Source: Guillardia theta CCMP2712 (Eukaryota > Protista > Cryptophyta). From it: a stretch of DNA of 64,000 nucleotides. Made by a program: the position numbers and the translations under genes. The stretch spans positions 8,596-72,595 of the forward strand of contig NW_005434465.1 in NCBI RefSeq assembly GCF_000315625.1, read 5' to 3'. The notes beneath the pieces are model-generated. The model searched no databases. It was not told the DNA's origin and saw only the letters and a program-made list of their open reading frames with translations. This document shows, piece after piece, positions 63,001 through 64,000 of the stretch (position 1 is the stretch's first letter; every line of letters begins with the position of its first letter).

Positions 63001-64000
63001 GCGCGACCTCTTGGAGAAGGCAGTTCCCGGTATGCTGCCCCTCTCCTGGTGCCCTTTCCTGACTGCGTGAATGCCAGGTGGAGCCGCTGCTGCTTCTGCC
63101 ACTCCCGAGAGTTTGCAGTCAAGCACGTCAGGTCAATCTGCTTCACCCTTTGCTGGTTATTGTGCTACCTGTGCTCAATAGCATCTTGTGACGGTAGAGT
63201 CCGCCAGGCCTCGGAGGGATGGGAGGCCTCGGAGGGATGGGAGGGATGGGAGCAGCTGGCTTCAATCCGAATCGTATGGAGCAGGCCATGAGGATGATGC
63301 AGAATCCAGCCATCCGAAACATGACTACAACGATGCTTTCCAATCCAAGGATGATGCAGGTACAACGTGAGGGTGGGATAACTGCTGCTGAGTTGCCTCC
63401 TCTTTCAGATCATGCAAGAGGCCATGCAAAGCGGCAACCCTCATGCTCTTCTGTTCAACCCTGAGTTCCAGTCGGTCATGCAGCAGGTCCGATGCTCCAC
63501 TGATGCCAGCGCTTGACAGTCGAACCAGATGATGCAGGACCCGGAGATGATCCGGGCGATGCAAGACCCGGAGACTATGAGTCAGATGATGTCGATGATG
63601 GGCTCCGCGGGAGGTGGTCAGGGGCTTGAGGGCCTTGGAGGTGCTTTCTGACCCACAAGCTTGCTCGCCTCTCATCCGCTTGGCAGGTCTCGGGGGCCTC
63701 GGCGGACTCGGAGGCTTCGGAGGGCTGGGAGGGCTGGGAGGACACGCCACTCAACCCACCCAGCCTGCGCCCTCAACCAGCAGCACCCCAGCAGCTCCAT
63801 CGGCTGCCCCCTCTGCTGCTCCTACCACACCTGCCCCAGCTGCCCCTCAGGGCTCACAACCCTCTCAAGGTCTTGTCTGTCGGAGGCCCGAGGTGACTGT
63901 TGACTTACGAGGCAGGCGGGGATACTGCCATGGGCGAGAATGATGAGAGCGAGGAGGCCATGCTGGCCGAGGCTCTCCGCCTGTCGATGGAGGAAGGGAA
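60019..64000 (+). CDS. Multi-exon protein: coiled coil - Pro-rich linker - ubiquitin-like - thioredoxin (WCGPC) - PUB - STI1 repeats - UIM; runs off window end
   Basis: UBL VQDLKQRIE...QRLIFSGKVLDNAKRLSDYN|I...LHLV; Trx LVVVDWMAPW|CGPCRAIAPKFE...VFVK|VD...FPTFHFY; PUB FISNCVNHPNEPKYRKI|..NTTFQARLG...GVEALVAFGF; STI1 MMQNPAIR/MMQDPEMIRAMQDPE; UIM EEAMLAEALRLSMEE. Confidence 0.8.

Overview
Eukaryotic nuclear DNA, gene-dense, with many very short (~45-55 nt) GT-AG introns, often expanded by GA/CAT/GAG microsatellites, and four N-gaps. The style suggests a cryptophyte alga such as Guillardia theta; this is inference, not verified. Housekeeping genes: V-ATPase subunit a, NBP35/NUBP1, a double hot-dog thioesterase, an ICME-like hydrolase, an EML-like WD40 protein, alpha-carbonic anhydrase, a CaMK1-like kinase, an ABCG half-transporter and a PDZ/coiled-coil protein. 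Unusual architectures: a polycystin-2-like channel with a CUB domain in its extracellular loop and a C-terminal C2 domain; a coiled-coil-UBL-thioredoxin-PUB-STI1-UIM fusion; and an LSm protein with a signal peptide, transit-like leader and LRGG motif. Accessory content: two Crinkler/RHS-type nuclease genes (NTPase+REase and HNH-like), each with a tandem-repeat coiled-coil header and one disabling lesion; two complementary Ty3/gypsy chromovirus integrase remnants flanking the channel gene; a nest of about 14 5'-truncated 3' ends of an RLE-type non-LTR retrotransposon, containing a truncated tRNA-iMet; a Tourist-like MITE with a TAA TSD; a 1.25-kb tandem duplication; and recurrent GGGTA/TACCC-rich and palindrome-rich GC tracts in intergenic regions. 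All exon boundaries were read by eye and are approximate.
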